Shown: positions 1-7,763 of the stretch, piece after piece
Numbering within the stretch: the stretch's first letter is position 1
Layout of the letters: the number at the start of each line of letters is the position of its first letter
Virus record (IMG/VR): IMGVR_UViG_3300035181_003152
DNA length: 64,000 bases
Strand: one strand, 5' to 3'
DNA from: an uncultured virus (IMG/VR IMGVR_UViG_3300035181_003152)
Lineage: Duplodnaviria > Heunggongvirae > Uroviricota > Caudoviricetes
Translations under genes and position numbers: made by a program
The notes under the pieces: model-generated
The model's input: the letters and a program-made list of their open reading frames with translations, nothing else
What the model was told of the DNA's origin: nothing
Databases searched by the model: none

Positions 1-1434
1 CTACAAGATCGAGGGCGAACTCGGACTCGACGCGATGCTGACGGCTGACCGACCTGCGAGTGCAGGCCTGTTCGCGTCCCCAGCGGGATTCGAACCCGCG
101 ACCGCGGCCACCGTGCTGCTCTCCGCCGTATCCACAACGCAGCTTTCGGCGCTCATCTGCACTTCGTCGCCCTCGGATCCATCCGCTTCGTCTCCACCTA
201 ACCCCGCGTTCCCTGGTCCATGGCCAGAAGTTTTGGCCAGAATATGCGGCGGCAGCGCCGGGAAAACTTCGCTGGCCGAGATCACGCCGTCGAGGTTCTC
301 GGCCTCGCGGATGTAGCCCTGCGTAGTTGAGAACGACGCGTGTCCGGCGCGCGCTTGGATGCGGAGGTGGTCGTCGCCGCGGATCGCCATCCATGTGATC
401 CCCGTCGCGCGGAGATCGTGGAAGGTGATCTGCTTGCGCGTCTTGTCGTTGGCGAAGAGCTCGGCACGCGTCACCCCCGCCCAGCGCAGGTACTGGCGCA
501 GCCGGTCGGAGAGGTCGCAGAGCGCCGGCATCGCGAGCAGGCGCCCGCGGCCCACCTCGTCGATCATTGCGCCGAGCAGCGGCGCGAACGTCGCCTCGAC
601 CGGGATGCGCCTGGCGTGCTTCGTCTTCGTCGCTTTCTCGGGGCCGCGGCCGGTCACCGCGCGGTTGATGCTGCGATGAATATGGATCGAGCCGCGTTCG
701 CGGTTGATGTCCTCGGTGCCCAGCGCCTCGAGCTCACCGGCGCGGGTGTACGTGTAGACGGCGGCGACGAAGAGGCGGGCCCACCGGAGGGGCGTGCGCG
801 GGCTGCTCACGAGCGCGAGGAATTCGCTCGGGTACAGGTACGCCTTGGCCTTCTTGGCGCCCTTGTCGGGGCCGGCAACGCCGTCGGTGGGGTTGTCGGC
901 GCGCACGCGGAGCGCGATCGTCTTCGACTGGCACGCATCGAAGAACATCTTGGTGATGTTCCCCCAGACGTTGGTGGCCGTCTTCCACGAGAGATCGTCC
1001 GCCTGGACGTGAGCGTCGAGGTCCTCGACGAGGGCCACGAGCTCGAGCTTGGTGACCTTCGCCATCGCGCGGCCGCGCAGCACCGGGATGACCCATTTGC
1101 CGAGGCGGCCGCGGTCGTGCCTGACCGAGGTGAGGCCGCGGGCCTCACGGGCGTCGCACCACCGCGAAATCCAGGCCTCGATCGTCTCCTCGGCGGGAGT
1201 GATTGGCGGCGCAGCGGCGATCTTCTTCGCCTCTTCGACGGCCCGCCCGATCGCGCGTTCCGTCATCGCCGCCGCAGTCTCGCGGGCGCGCGCCTCGGTG
1301 AGGCCCGCAGGGAGACAGCGCCGGACGCGCTTGCCGTTCGGTAGCGTCACGCGCGCGTCGAAGTGATCGCCGTGCTCGACGACGGAGCCCGTGCGCGGGC
1401 GGCCCGTGGGCTTCTTGGGGATGAGCGCGCTCAT
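1..1434 (-). CDS. int: Tyrosine recombinase/phage integrase
   Basis: Catalytic set present: YTYTRAGEL (R), TKTK (K), FHDLR (HxxR), AGH (H), TTQGY (Y). Confidence 0.95.
   Translation of the reverse strand: MSALIPKKPTGRPRTGSVVEHGDHFDARVTLPNGKRVRRCLPAGLTEARARETAAAMTERAIGRAVEEAKKIAAAPPITPAEETIEAWISRWCDAREARGLTSVRHDRGRLGKWVIPVLRGRAMAKVTKLELVALVEDLDAHVQADDLSWKTATNVWGNITKMFFDACQSKTIALRVRADNPTDGVAGPDKGAKKAKAYLYPSEFLALVSSPRTPLRWARLFVAAVYTYTRAGELEALGTEDINRERGSIHIHRSINRAVTGRGPEKATKTKHARRIPVEATFAPLLGAMIDEVGRGRLLAMPALCDLSDRLRQYLRWAGVTRAELFANDKTRKQITFHDLRATGITWMAIRGDDHLRIQARAGHASFSTTQGYIREAENLDGVISASEVFPALPPHILAKTSGHGPGNAGLGGDEADGSEGDEVQMSAESCVVDTAESSTVAAVAGSNPAGDANRPALAGRSAVSIASSPSSPSIL
74..100 (-). other. 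att core: 3' fragment of a tRNA (T-arm plus acceptor 3' strand, tRNA-Glu-like) inside the integrase ORF
   Basis: Minus strand CGCGGGTTCGAATCCCGCTGGGGACGC: T-stem GCGGG/CCCGC with TTCGAAT loop, then GGGGAC-G as in tRNA-Glu; no 5' tRNA half upstream. Confidence 0.8.
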
Positions 1435-1775
1435 CGCTTTGCGGCCCCGGCGAGAAGGGCGTCGAGGTCGAGCGCGATGTCGTTGGCCGCGGGCGCGGGC
1501 GCAGCAACAGCGCGCGGTGCGGCGGGCCGGCTCTCGATGTAGCGCTCGACGTCGGTCCAGAGCGCAACAATCTCGCGCCCCCGCTTGAAGGTCGGGAAGT
1601 CGCCCCGGCGGTGCGCGTCGAGGAAGGCGCGCGCCGAGCCGAGCGGGTTGTTATTGGCGTCGGCGTGCTTCGGGTTGGGAACCGAGCCGGCGGCCTGGAG
1701 GAGCTCGACGACGCGGCGAGCCGTGCGCTCGACAATCTCATCGGCTTGGTCGGCGGGGAGGCGGAAGTCGTTCAC
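1431..1775 (-). CDS. Excisionase-like winged-HTH protein
   Basis: Adjacent to int with overlapping stop/start; RRGDFPTFKRGREIVALWTDVERYIES is typical of the Xis/MerR-like wing; GTG start overlaps upstream TGA. Confidence 0.65.
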   Translation of the reverse strand: MNDFRLPADQADEIVERTARRVVELLQAAGSVPNPKHADANNNPLGSARAFLDAHRRGDFPTFKRGREIVALWTDVERYIESRPAAPRAVAAPAPAANDIALDLDALLAGAAKR

Positions 1776-1969
1776 AACATGGCCCCTTCGCTCGTAGTCG
1801 CCCGCCGTAGCACGCCGGCGTCGTTGGCTACGCCGTCGTGGTGGTGGCCGGGCGGTGGCACGAGCTCGAGGCACGCGGCGCAGGTGACCTTCTCGACGTC
1901 GAGCCGCACGGACGCGGTGCGAACGGGGCAGAACGCGGGGCGCGACGGGTGCCAGGCGTGGTGAATCAC
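1772..1969 (-). CDS. Small Cys/His-rich hypothetical protein
   Basis: GTGA-coupled at both ends; VTCAACL motif. Confidence 0.55.
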   Translation of the reverse strand: MIHHAWHPSRPAFCPVRTASVRLDVEKVTCAACLELVPPPGHHHDGVANDAGVLRRATTSEGAML

Positions 1970-2559
1970 TGGGCACCTGCGTTCTTCTCGCCCGCTTCGA
2001 CAGCGGCGCACTGCTCTTTGCTCAGGTTGAAGATGCCCAAGGCGCCAGGCATCTCGACGAACGGCAGCGCCTCGACGTCGGCGAGGATGAGTCCGAGCTG
2101 GCCGGGCCGCGCCCACGGGTCGGGCTTGGTGCACGTGCTCGCGGTTGTGGAGATCTGCACGCCGCAGAGTTGGCAGCGCCCGCCGAGAGCGACCGTGCTG
2201 CCGATTGCCCAGCGGTGTCCGCCGAAGCTGTTCTTGACGATGTCGACGAGGTTCGCGCGTCCGACGATGCCGCCGCGCTGGAGATCTGCGAGGCGCGGCA
2301 GGATGCGGCCTTGAATCGACAGCCCTTCACGCACGCGGGACTCGATCATCTCGGTGCGTTCGTCGATGTATTCAACGAGTCCCGCGTCGACCATCCCCTC
2401 CCCCGCGTTCAAGTACTCGTCGCGCGTGCAGCCGGCAGCCGCGTGGATGAGCACCGGCCCGCGGTACTTCGCCGGGTACTTCCACTCGCGGTTCTCGGTG
2501 CGCTTGCCGGCGTTGAGGATGGCCCAGGCCCAGGGCTGCCTTATCGACAGTGCTTTCAA
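1966..2559 (-). CDS. ASCH domain protein with a Cys-containing insertion
   Basis: KALSIRQPWAWAILNAGKRTENR...YRGPVLIHAA is the ASCH GxKxxExR signature; TTG start preceded by GAGGTGG. Confidence 0.9.
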   Translation of the reverse strand: MKALSIRQPWAWAILNAGKRTENREWKYPAKYRGPVLIHAAAGCTRDEYLNAGEGMVDAGLVEYIDERTEMIESRVREGLSIQGRILPRLADLQRGGIVGRANLVDIVKNSFGGHRWAIGSTVALGGRCQLCGVQISTTASTCTKPDPWARPGQLGLILADVEALPFVEMPGALGIFNLSKEQCAAVEAGEKNAGAQ

Positions 2560-2963
2560 TTGCCACCTCGGATCATGGTCGCCCACATTGACCACGCCAC
2601 AACGCCGGAACAAGCCACCGAAGGACGATTGTCCTTATCACAACACGCCCGTTTGCTGCGTGTGGTGATAAGCCGATTAGTACACGCCATCGGCGGAGCG
2701 ATGCGCCTACCTCGACGGACCTTGGCACCCTCCGGCAGCTTTCCCAGTGGTGAGCCAGTAAAGCCCAGTGATTTGCCAGTCCATGTCCAGTCCATGGCCA
2801 GTCCATCTCCAGTACCCCGGCCAGTGCCTGAGCCAGTCTCCGGATCAGTCCGGCAGTCACCTGGCCGCCCCAGGTGGCCAGAATTATTTCGCGACGACGG
2901 CGGTGAAGTATCGCGAGCAGCGTACTTGACGCACCAGGACTCCAATGCTCGCGGCATGCTCAC
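2556..2963 (-). CDS. Hypothetical ORF spanning the CCAGT array (coding status uncertain)
   Basis: Overlaps the neighbouring stop/start at both ends but has atypical composition. Confidence 0.35.
   Translation of the reverse strand: MSMPRALESWCVKYAARDTSPPSSRNNSGHLGRPGDCRTDPETGSGTGRGTGDGLAMDWTWTGKSLGFTGSPLGKLPEGAKVRRGRRIAPPMACTNRLITTRSKRACCDKDNRPSVACSGVVAWSMWATMIRGGN
2634..2672. repeat. Inverted repeat/hairpin (14 of 15 bp paired)
   Basis: cttatcac-a-acacgc / 9-nt loop / gcgtgt-g-gtgataag. Confidence 0.7.
2744..2857. repeat. Phased array of CCAGT pentamers (9 exact plus 2 degenerate), mostly 10-12 bp period
   Basis: CCAGT at 2744, 2755, 2765, 2776, 2787, 2798, 2809, 2821, 2833; TCAGT at 2845; GCAGT at 2853. 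Confidence 0.9.
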
Positions 2964-3721
2964 GGCTGACCTCCAGCGATCTGCTCGCGCGTCGCGAACA
3001 TTTCGAGCGCCTGCGTCCTATCGAGCATCAGGGGATGGTTCGGCGTGCCCGTCTTGCCGCGCCCCAGACACCACACGTCGGTGTCCGCGCCGAGTAGCGC
3101 GAGGACGTGAGCGTCGCGCCCTTGGAAGGCCGGCTTGGCCCGCTTGCCGAAGCTCACCCGCGAGCCCCACGCGGCGATGATCTTGCCGCCGTTGGCCACG
3201 ATGCGCGCGGCCGCGCTGGCGATCTCCGCGTCGTTGTCGGCGCCCACGGGATCCACAGCGCCGCGCAGCGCCGACGGGTACGCCGAGCGGAACGCGAAGA
3301 GGTTCACCACCTCGAAGCCGGCGAAGCCTTCGCGGCGAGCAAACGAGATGCACCGGCGGATGGTCGGGTCGTTCTTGCTCGCCGTGGCCGTCGACGGGTT
3401 GAGCATCACGAAGAGCACGCGCGGGCCGGCTCCCCACCACCGGGCCAACCACCAGCGGTGGGCGCTGTCGGCGACGGGGCGCGCGTCGGCCTCGACGATG
3501 ATGCCCTCGCTGGGCACGCTCTTCGCCAACCTGGCGAGGTCCTCGCCGCGGATGCGCCAGCCCGCGGCCTTGCCGATGCCCTGACCCGCGACGGTGAAGG
3601 CGACGCCGGGCGGCGCTGGGAAGCCCACGCGGTGGCGCGTCGAGGTGCCTTTGAGGAGGCGGCCAGTCATCTGATCCCCCGTCGGAGCGATGACGCAAAT
3701 GGGCGTTTCAGCGGGCAACAT
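2960..3721 (-). CDS. DUF1643 domain protein
   Basis: LARWWGAGPRVLFVMLNPSTA...DPTIRRCISFARREGF...VVNLFAFRS...HPL. Confidence 0.88.
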   Translation of the reverse strand: MLPAETPICVIAPTGDQMTGRLLKGTSTRHRVGFPAPPGVAFTVAGQGIGKAAGWRIRGEDLARLAKSVPSEGIIVEADARPVADSAHRWWLARWWGAGPRVLFVMLNPSTATASKNDPTIRRCISFARREGFAGFEVVNLFAFRSAYPSALRGAVDPVGADNDAEIASAAARIVANGGKIIAAWGSRVSFGKRAKPAFQGRDAHVLALLGADTDVWCLGRGKTGTPNHPLMLDRTQALEMFATREQIAGGQP

Positions 3722-3734
3722 CGGCGATCTCGTA

Positions 3735-3745
3735 GGGGGGGGGGG
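3735..3745. repeat. G11 homopolymer tract (C11 on the coding strand)
   Basis: Seen directly; lies between a coupled GTG at 3803 and the DUF1643 ORF. Confidence 0.9.
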
Positions 3746-3799
3746 CGCTCGTGGCCTCCGAATTCCAGAGCGGCAGAGGCTGCGTGACGACGCTGGTGC

Positions 3800-4078
3800 T
3801 CACGACTGAACTCCTTGCGCGCCGAGCACGCGCCGCACCCACGTCTGCGGCGGCATCTTGAACAGCGCGACGAACCTGCGAACGATGGTGCTCACGCTCG
3901 GCCAGGACGCACGCGCGTCGACGTAGTGGCCGACATAGATCTTGGAGCCGCGCGCGTGGGCGTCGCGCAGGCTGGCGGCGAGGGCGCGCGCGCACGCGTC
4001 GTGGTGGGCTTGCTGGGCGGCGCGCTGCGCGAGCACGGCGGCGGAGACCTCGTAGTTGCGTTGCTGGCGGCGGCTCAC
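3800..4078 (-). CDS. Hypothetical protein
   Basis: GTGA-coupled ORF within the operon. Confidence 0.65.
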   Translation of the reverse strand: MSRRQQRNYEVSAAVLAQRAAQQAHHDACARALAASLRDAHARGSKIYVGHYVDARASWPSVSTIVRRFVALFKMPPQTWVRRVLGAQGVQS

Positions 4079-5937
4079 AAGGCACCTTCAACGGTGGTGA
4101 GCACGGCGGGCAGCTCCGAGGCGGGAGCGACGGCGATGAACTTCTCGCGCGCCGCGGCCTGCTCCACGGCCCACGCGGGCGCAGCCGGGTGCGCCATGCA
4201 CCCCTCGCAGGCATAGACGCCGGCCACCACGCTGTGCTCGTCGTCGGCGATGTCGATGGGCGCGTTGCAGCGGTGGCAGCGGTGGTTGCGCGAGGGGAGC
4301 GCGGGGATGTCCTGCGGCACGCGCGCGGCGCGGCGCAGCCAGGCGGCGTTGCGCTCGGCCTCGCTCGGCTCGTCGTCCTCGCTCTCCACGTCCGCCACCT
4401 CGGCGCCGGCCGCGCGCACGGCGTCGGGGGTGAGGCGGGCGCGGGCGCGAACCGCGGTCACCGTGATCGAGTCGTCGGCGTGGCAGACGGGGCAGCACGC
4501 GATCCGTTCGGCCGTGTAGTAGTAGTGCGGATCGTCGGTCGTCTCCCCGCACCACGAACAGACCACCTCCCCAGGCTCGCACAGCCCCGCCAGCCGCTCG
4601 CGCATGGCGCAGTTGCCAGGCGTCATCTCCAGGCTGAGCACGTCCTCGCGGGTGCACCAGCGCAGGGCGACGGCGTCTTCGCCAACGCGCGGCTCCTGCT
4701 CGCCGATGTCGACCAAGAAGAACGACAACGTGAGCGGGCGCGACGTGACCGGCGGGTCCGTGGTGACTACCGCGAGCAACTCGCCCACGACGGCGTCGAC
4801 GCCCAGCTCTTCGCGAAGCTCGCGGCGCAGCGCCTCCGCGTGCGTCTCGCCCGGCTCGACCTTGCCGCCGCTCGACTCCCAGAGCAGCCCGCACGCCTTG
4901 CCCGGTGCGCGCTGCGCGAGCAGAAGCTTGCCATCGCGCTCGATGGCCGCGGAGACCACGTGCGTGCGCGGGGCCGGGGCGGCAGGCGCCCACGCGGCCA
5001 GCGCGGCGTCTGCGCTCTTCTTCTTTGCCTCGGCATCGACCACCGCGACGCGGGCCCGCTCGTAGTCCGCCACCTTGGTCTGCGGCGTGCGGTCGAGTCC
5101 CATCTGCGCCTCGACGAGCCGCGCACCAGCCGAGGCCGCGGCGTTGATGAGCGCGCCGCGATCGCGCACTGTGGTCGCAGCCGCCAGCTCCGCGAGCACG
5201 CCCGCCAGCGCGATCTCCGCGTCGTTGGTGCGCTGGCGGCAGTCGTCGAGCTCCTCGAGAAGCAGCGAGGCCGCGCCGCCGCAACGATCGAGCACGTCGC
5301 GCAGCTCGTCGGCCTGGTCCCCCATCTGCGCGATGTCGAACGTCGTGGCCAGCTCCTCCACGCCCCTGCGTAACGCTTCTTCGCTGGCCCGCGCGCGGTC
5401 GCGCTGGACGGTGATCGTGGCGTCCGCGTCGTCAGCTGAGAGCAGCGCGGTCAGCTCGGCCTTCACCCGTGTGGCGGCGTCGACGACGCTCTCGTGTAGG
5501 CCAGCGTCGAGCGCGTCGCCGACGTCGTCCCAGAGCTTCACGTGGTCCCCGGCGGACCGCTCAGCGCGCTCGGTCACCACCGCGAGGCGCTCCTCGGCCT
5601 CGGTCAGCTCCGCGAGCAGGCGCCGCCCGTGGGAGTCGTCGACGGCGACCAGGTCCACGAAGGCCTGCGCCACGAACGGCGCGTCTGCGTGCCAGGCCTT
5701 GGCCGCTACCGCCTCCACCCCCCGCACCAGCGCCGCGCTCTCCGCGGCCGCCTCGCGCGCGCACGCCTTCTGGTACGCCGCGCGAGTGACCGCCTCGTCG
5801 CGCTCGCGGACTGCGGCGGCCAGCTTGCCTGTTGCGACGCGAACCGAGCTGAGGAGCGTGTGGATGTACGCGACGAGCTGGGCAAACACCCATGAGGATT
5901 CAGCGAGCTTGAGCGCGGCGAGATAGGCGGAGATCAT
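4075..5937 (-). CDS. Coiled-coil protein with a Nudix (MutT-like) hydrolase domain and C-terminal zinc ribbons
   Basis: Nudix box GGKVEPGETHAEALRRELREELGV; CSWC..CPVC and CHRC..CEGC. Confidence 0.85.
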   Translation of the reverse strand: MISAYLAALKLAESSWVFAQLVAYIHTLLSSVRVATGKLAAAVRERDEAVTRAAYQKACAREAAAESAALVRGVEAVAAKAWHADAPFVAQAFVDLVAVDDSHGRRLLAELTEAEERLAVVTERAERSAGDHVKLWDDVGDALDAGLHESVVDAATRVKAELTALLSADDADATITVQRDRARASEEALRRGVEELATTFDIAQMGDQADELRDVLDRCGGAASLLLEELDDCRQRTNDAEIALAGVLAELAAATTVRDRGALINAAASAGARLVEAQMGLDRTPQTKVADYERARVAVVDAEAKKKSADAALAAWAPAAPAPRTHVVSAAIERDGKLLLAQRAPGKACGLLWESSGGKVEPGETHAEALRRELREELGVDAVVGELLAVVTTDPPVTSRPLTLSFFLVDIGEQEPRVGEDAVALRWCTREDVLSLEMTPGNCAMRERLAGLCEPGEVVCSWCGETTDDPHYYYTAERIACCPVCHADDSITVTAVRARARLTPDAVRAAGAEVADVESEDDEPSEAERNAAWLRRAARVPQDIPALPSRNHRCHRCNAPIDIADDEHSVVAGVYACEGCMAHPAAPAWAVEQAAAREKFIAVAPASELPAVLTTVEGAL

Positions 5938-6060
5938 GATTGCCCCCAGGGCGTGCGGACGTTGAGGTGGAAGCGAAAGAGCACGAGCGCGAGCATGCGA
6001 ATGGCAGAGCGTGAAGCGTGGTAGCGAGTCGGCATGGTCAAGCCCTCTCCGCGGTAAGGA

Positions 6061-6951
6061 TCAGAACGGCATGGCCTGCTCCCAGCGCTCCGGATCTCCG
6101 GTGACGTGGGCGACGGCGGCGTGGTCGAGGGCTTCGTCGAACTCCAGCACTTCGCACCCCGGCATCGCGGGGCCGACAACGCGCCAGATCTCATCGGTCG
6201 TCAGCGGCTTGGCAGCGACAGCCTCGTAGATGAGCTGTTCCAGCTTGAGCGCTCGCTCCCCAGCGGCCTTGTCAGCGGCCCGCTCCGCGCTCTCCTTGGC
6301 CGTGAGCCAGCGCGACGAGAACACCGCGGCGCGCATGTACGTGATGGGCTCGCGGTCCGCCGTGCGGTCCTCGCGCACCTCCAGCGCCGGCAGGCCTAGA
6401 GAGGTCACCTCGCGCGCCTGCCCGGAGAGACGAAGTCCACCGAAGATCTCCAGCTCGACGTCGCGCCAGGCCGCCTTGTCCTCGCTCGCCATCTCGACCG
6501 CCAGCTTGCGCGCCGCCTCGCACTCTTCGGCCAGCTCATGCGCGAGGGCCCGCACGCACGCGCGCAGGGCCAACGCCTCCTCGGCGTAGTTGAGCGGCGC
6601 GAAGGTGGCATCCTTGCTCCCGGCCAGCATCTCGATCAGCACGTCGCCCATCGGCGAGATCGTCACCTGCGCGCCCGCGCCGACGTAGTTGCGGCTGGCG
6701 TTGGACTCGACGTCACTGTTGCCGGTCCAGATGACGTCGGCGTCAGGCTCGCCCACATCGACGCTGGAGTGGCCGGCGCTAGCCAGCGGGCGGGCGATCT
6801 CGCCGATCTCCCAGACCCGCTTGAGCGCGGGCACCAAGACGCCGAGCTTGGTGCCCGCGTCCAGTCCGCTGTCCGCGTGGACGCGCGTCGTGTAGTGCGT
6901 CTGGAGCGAGCCCACGAGGTAGGTAATCTCGAACGTCTTTGAGTCCTTCAC
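6061..6951 (-). CDS. Hypothetical protein
   Basis: GTG start overlaps the TGA of the pentapeptide gene; typical codon usage. Confidence 0.7.
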   Translation of the reverse strand: MKDSKTFEITYLVGSLQTHYTTRVHADSGLDAGTKLGVLVPALKRVWEIGEIARPLASAGHSSVDVGEPDADVIWTGNSDVESNASRNYVGAGAQVTISPMGDVLIEMLAGSKDATFAPLNYAEEALALRACVRALAHELAEECEAARKLAVEMASEDKAAWRDVELEIFGGLRLSGQAREVTSLGLPALEVREDRTADREPITYMRAAVFSSRWLTAKESAERAADKAAGERALKLEQLIYEAVAAKPLTTDEIWRVVGPAMPGCEVLEFDEALDHAAVAHVTGDPERWEQAMPF

Positions 6952-7763
6952 GACGGCGCCCCCTGGACCGCGGGTGCGGCGGCAGGGATACGCTCCAAGC
7001 AGCATCCGCAGCCAGCAAGTCTCCAGCCGGGGATCGCGGGATCAGACACTCTCCGGCTCGCACCGTCGAGGCGCGCACCGACGAGGCGCGCACCGTCGAG
7101 GCTCGCACCGACGAGGCTCGCACCGTCGAGGCGCGCACCGTCGAGGCGCGCACCGACGAGGCGCGCACCGTCGAGGCTCGCACCGACGAGGCGCGCACCG
7201 TCGAGGCTCGCACCGTCGAGGCGCGCACCGTCGAGGCGCGCACCGTCGAGGCGCGCACCGTCGAGGCTCGCACCGACGAGGCGCGCACCGACGAGGCGCG
7301 CACCGTCGAGGCGCGCACCGACGAGGCGCGCACCGTCGAGGCTCGCACCGACGAGGCTCGCACCGTCGAGGCGCGCACCGTCGAGGCGCGCACCGACGAG
7401 GCGCGCACCGTCGAGGCTCGCACCGTCGAGGCGCGCACCGACGAGGCGCGCACCGACGAGGCTCGCACCGTCGAGGCTCGCACCGTCGAGGCGCGCACCG
7501 ACGAGGCGCGCATTCCGCTTCGCGTGAACAGGCCCGATCGCTCCCACGCTGATCAGCCAGTAGAAGAATGACGGATACGCCGTTGCCATCCAGAGCTGCG
7601 GCAAGAGGTCCCATTGCAGCCGGAGCGAACGTCGCGGGCCACGGCCTGCCTTGGCCCTCTCGTCGTCCTGTCCAGCCTTGATCGCATCGAAGAGATCGAG
7701 CCCATCGGCGCACGCGCCAAGCTTCACGATCGCTTTTCGGTTCAACAGAAGAATTGTTCTCAT
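6948..7763 (-). CDS. Pentapeptide repeat protein
   Basis: 30 tandem A[RS]L[DV]G units fitting the pentapeptide-repeat pattern; coupled to neighbours at both ends. Confidence 0.92.
   Translation of the reverse strand: MRTILLLNRKAIVKLGACADGLDLFDAIKAGQDDERAKAGRGPRRSLRLQWDLLPQLWMATAYPSFFYWLISVGAIGPVHAKRNARLVGARLDGASLDGASLVGARLVGARLDGASLDGARLVGARLDGARLDGASLVGASLDGARLVGARLDGARLVGARLVGASLDGARLDGARLDGARLDGASLDGARLVGASLDGARLVGARLDGARLDGASLVGASLDGARLVGARLDGASRRVSDPAIPGWRLAGCGCCLERIPAAAPAVQGAPS
7056..7511 (-). repeat. 15-bp tandem repeat, about 30 copies
   Basis: Unit GCG(C/A)GCCTCG(A/T)CGGT; only two variable positions. Confidence 0.97.

Noticed and set aside
74..150. Complete tRNA gene
   Set aside because: Only the T-arm and 3' acceptor strand are present; no matching 5' GTCCCC, D-arm or anticodon arm upstream.
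2744..2857. Mini-CRISPR array
   Set aside because: A 5-bp repeat with 5-7 nt linkers is far too short.
7056..7511. CRISPR array
   Set aside because: Contiguous 15-bp units with no unique spacers; in-frame pentapeptide coding; no cas genes.
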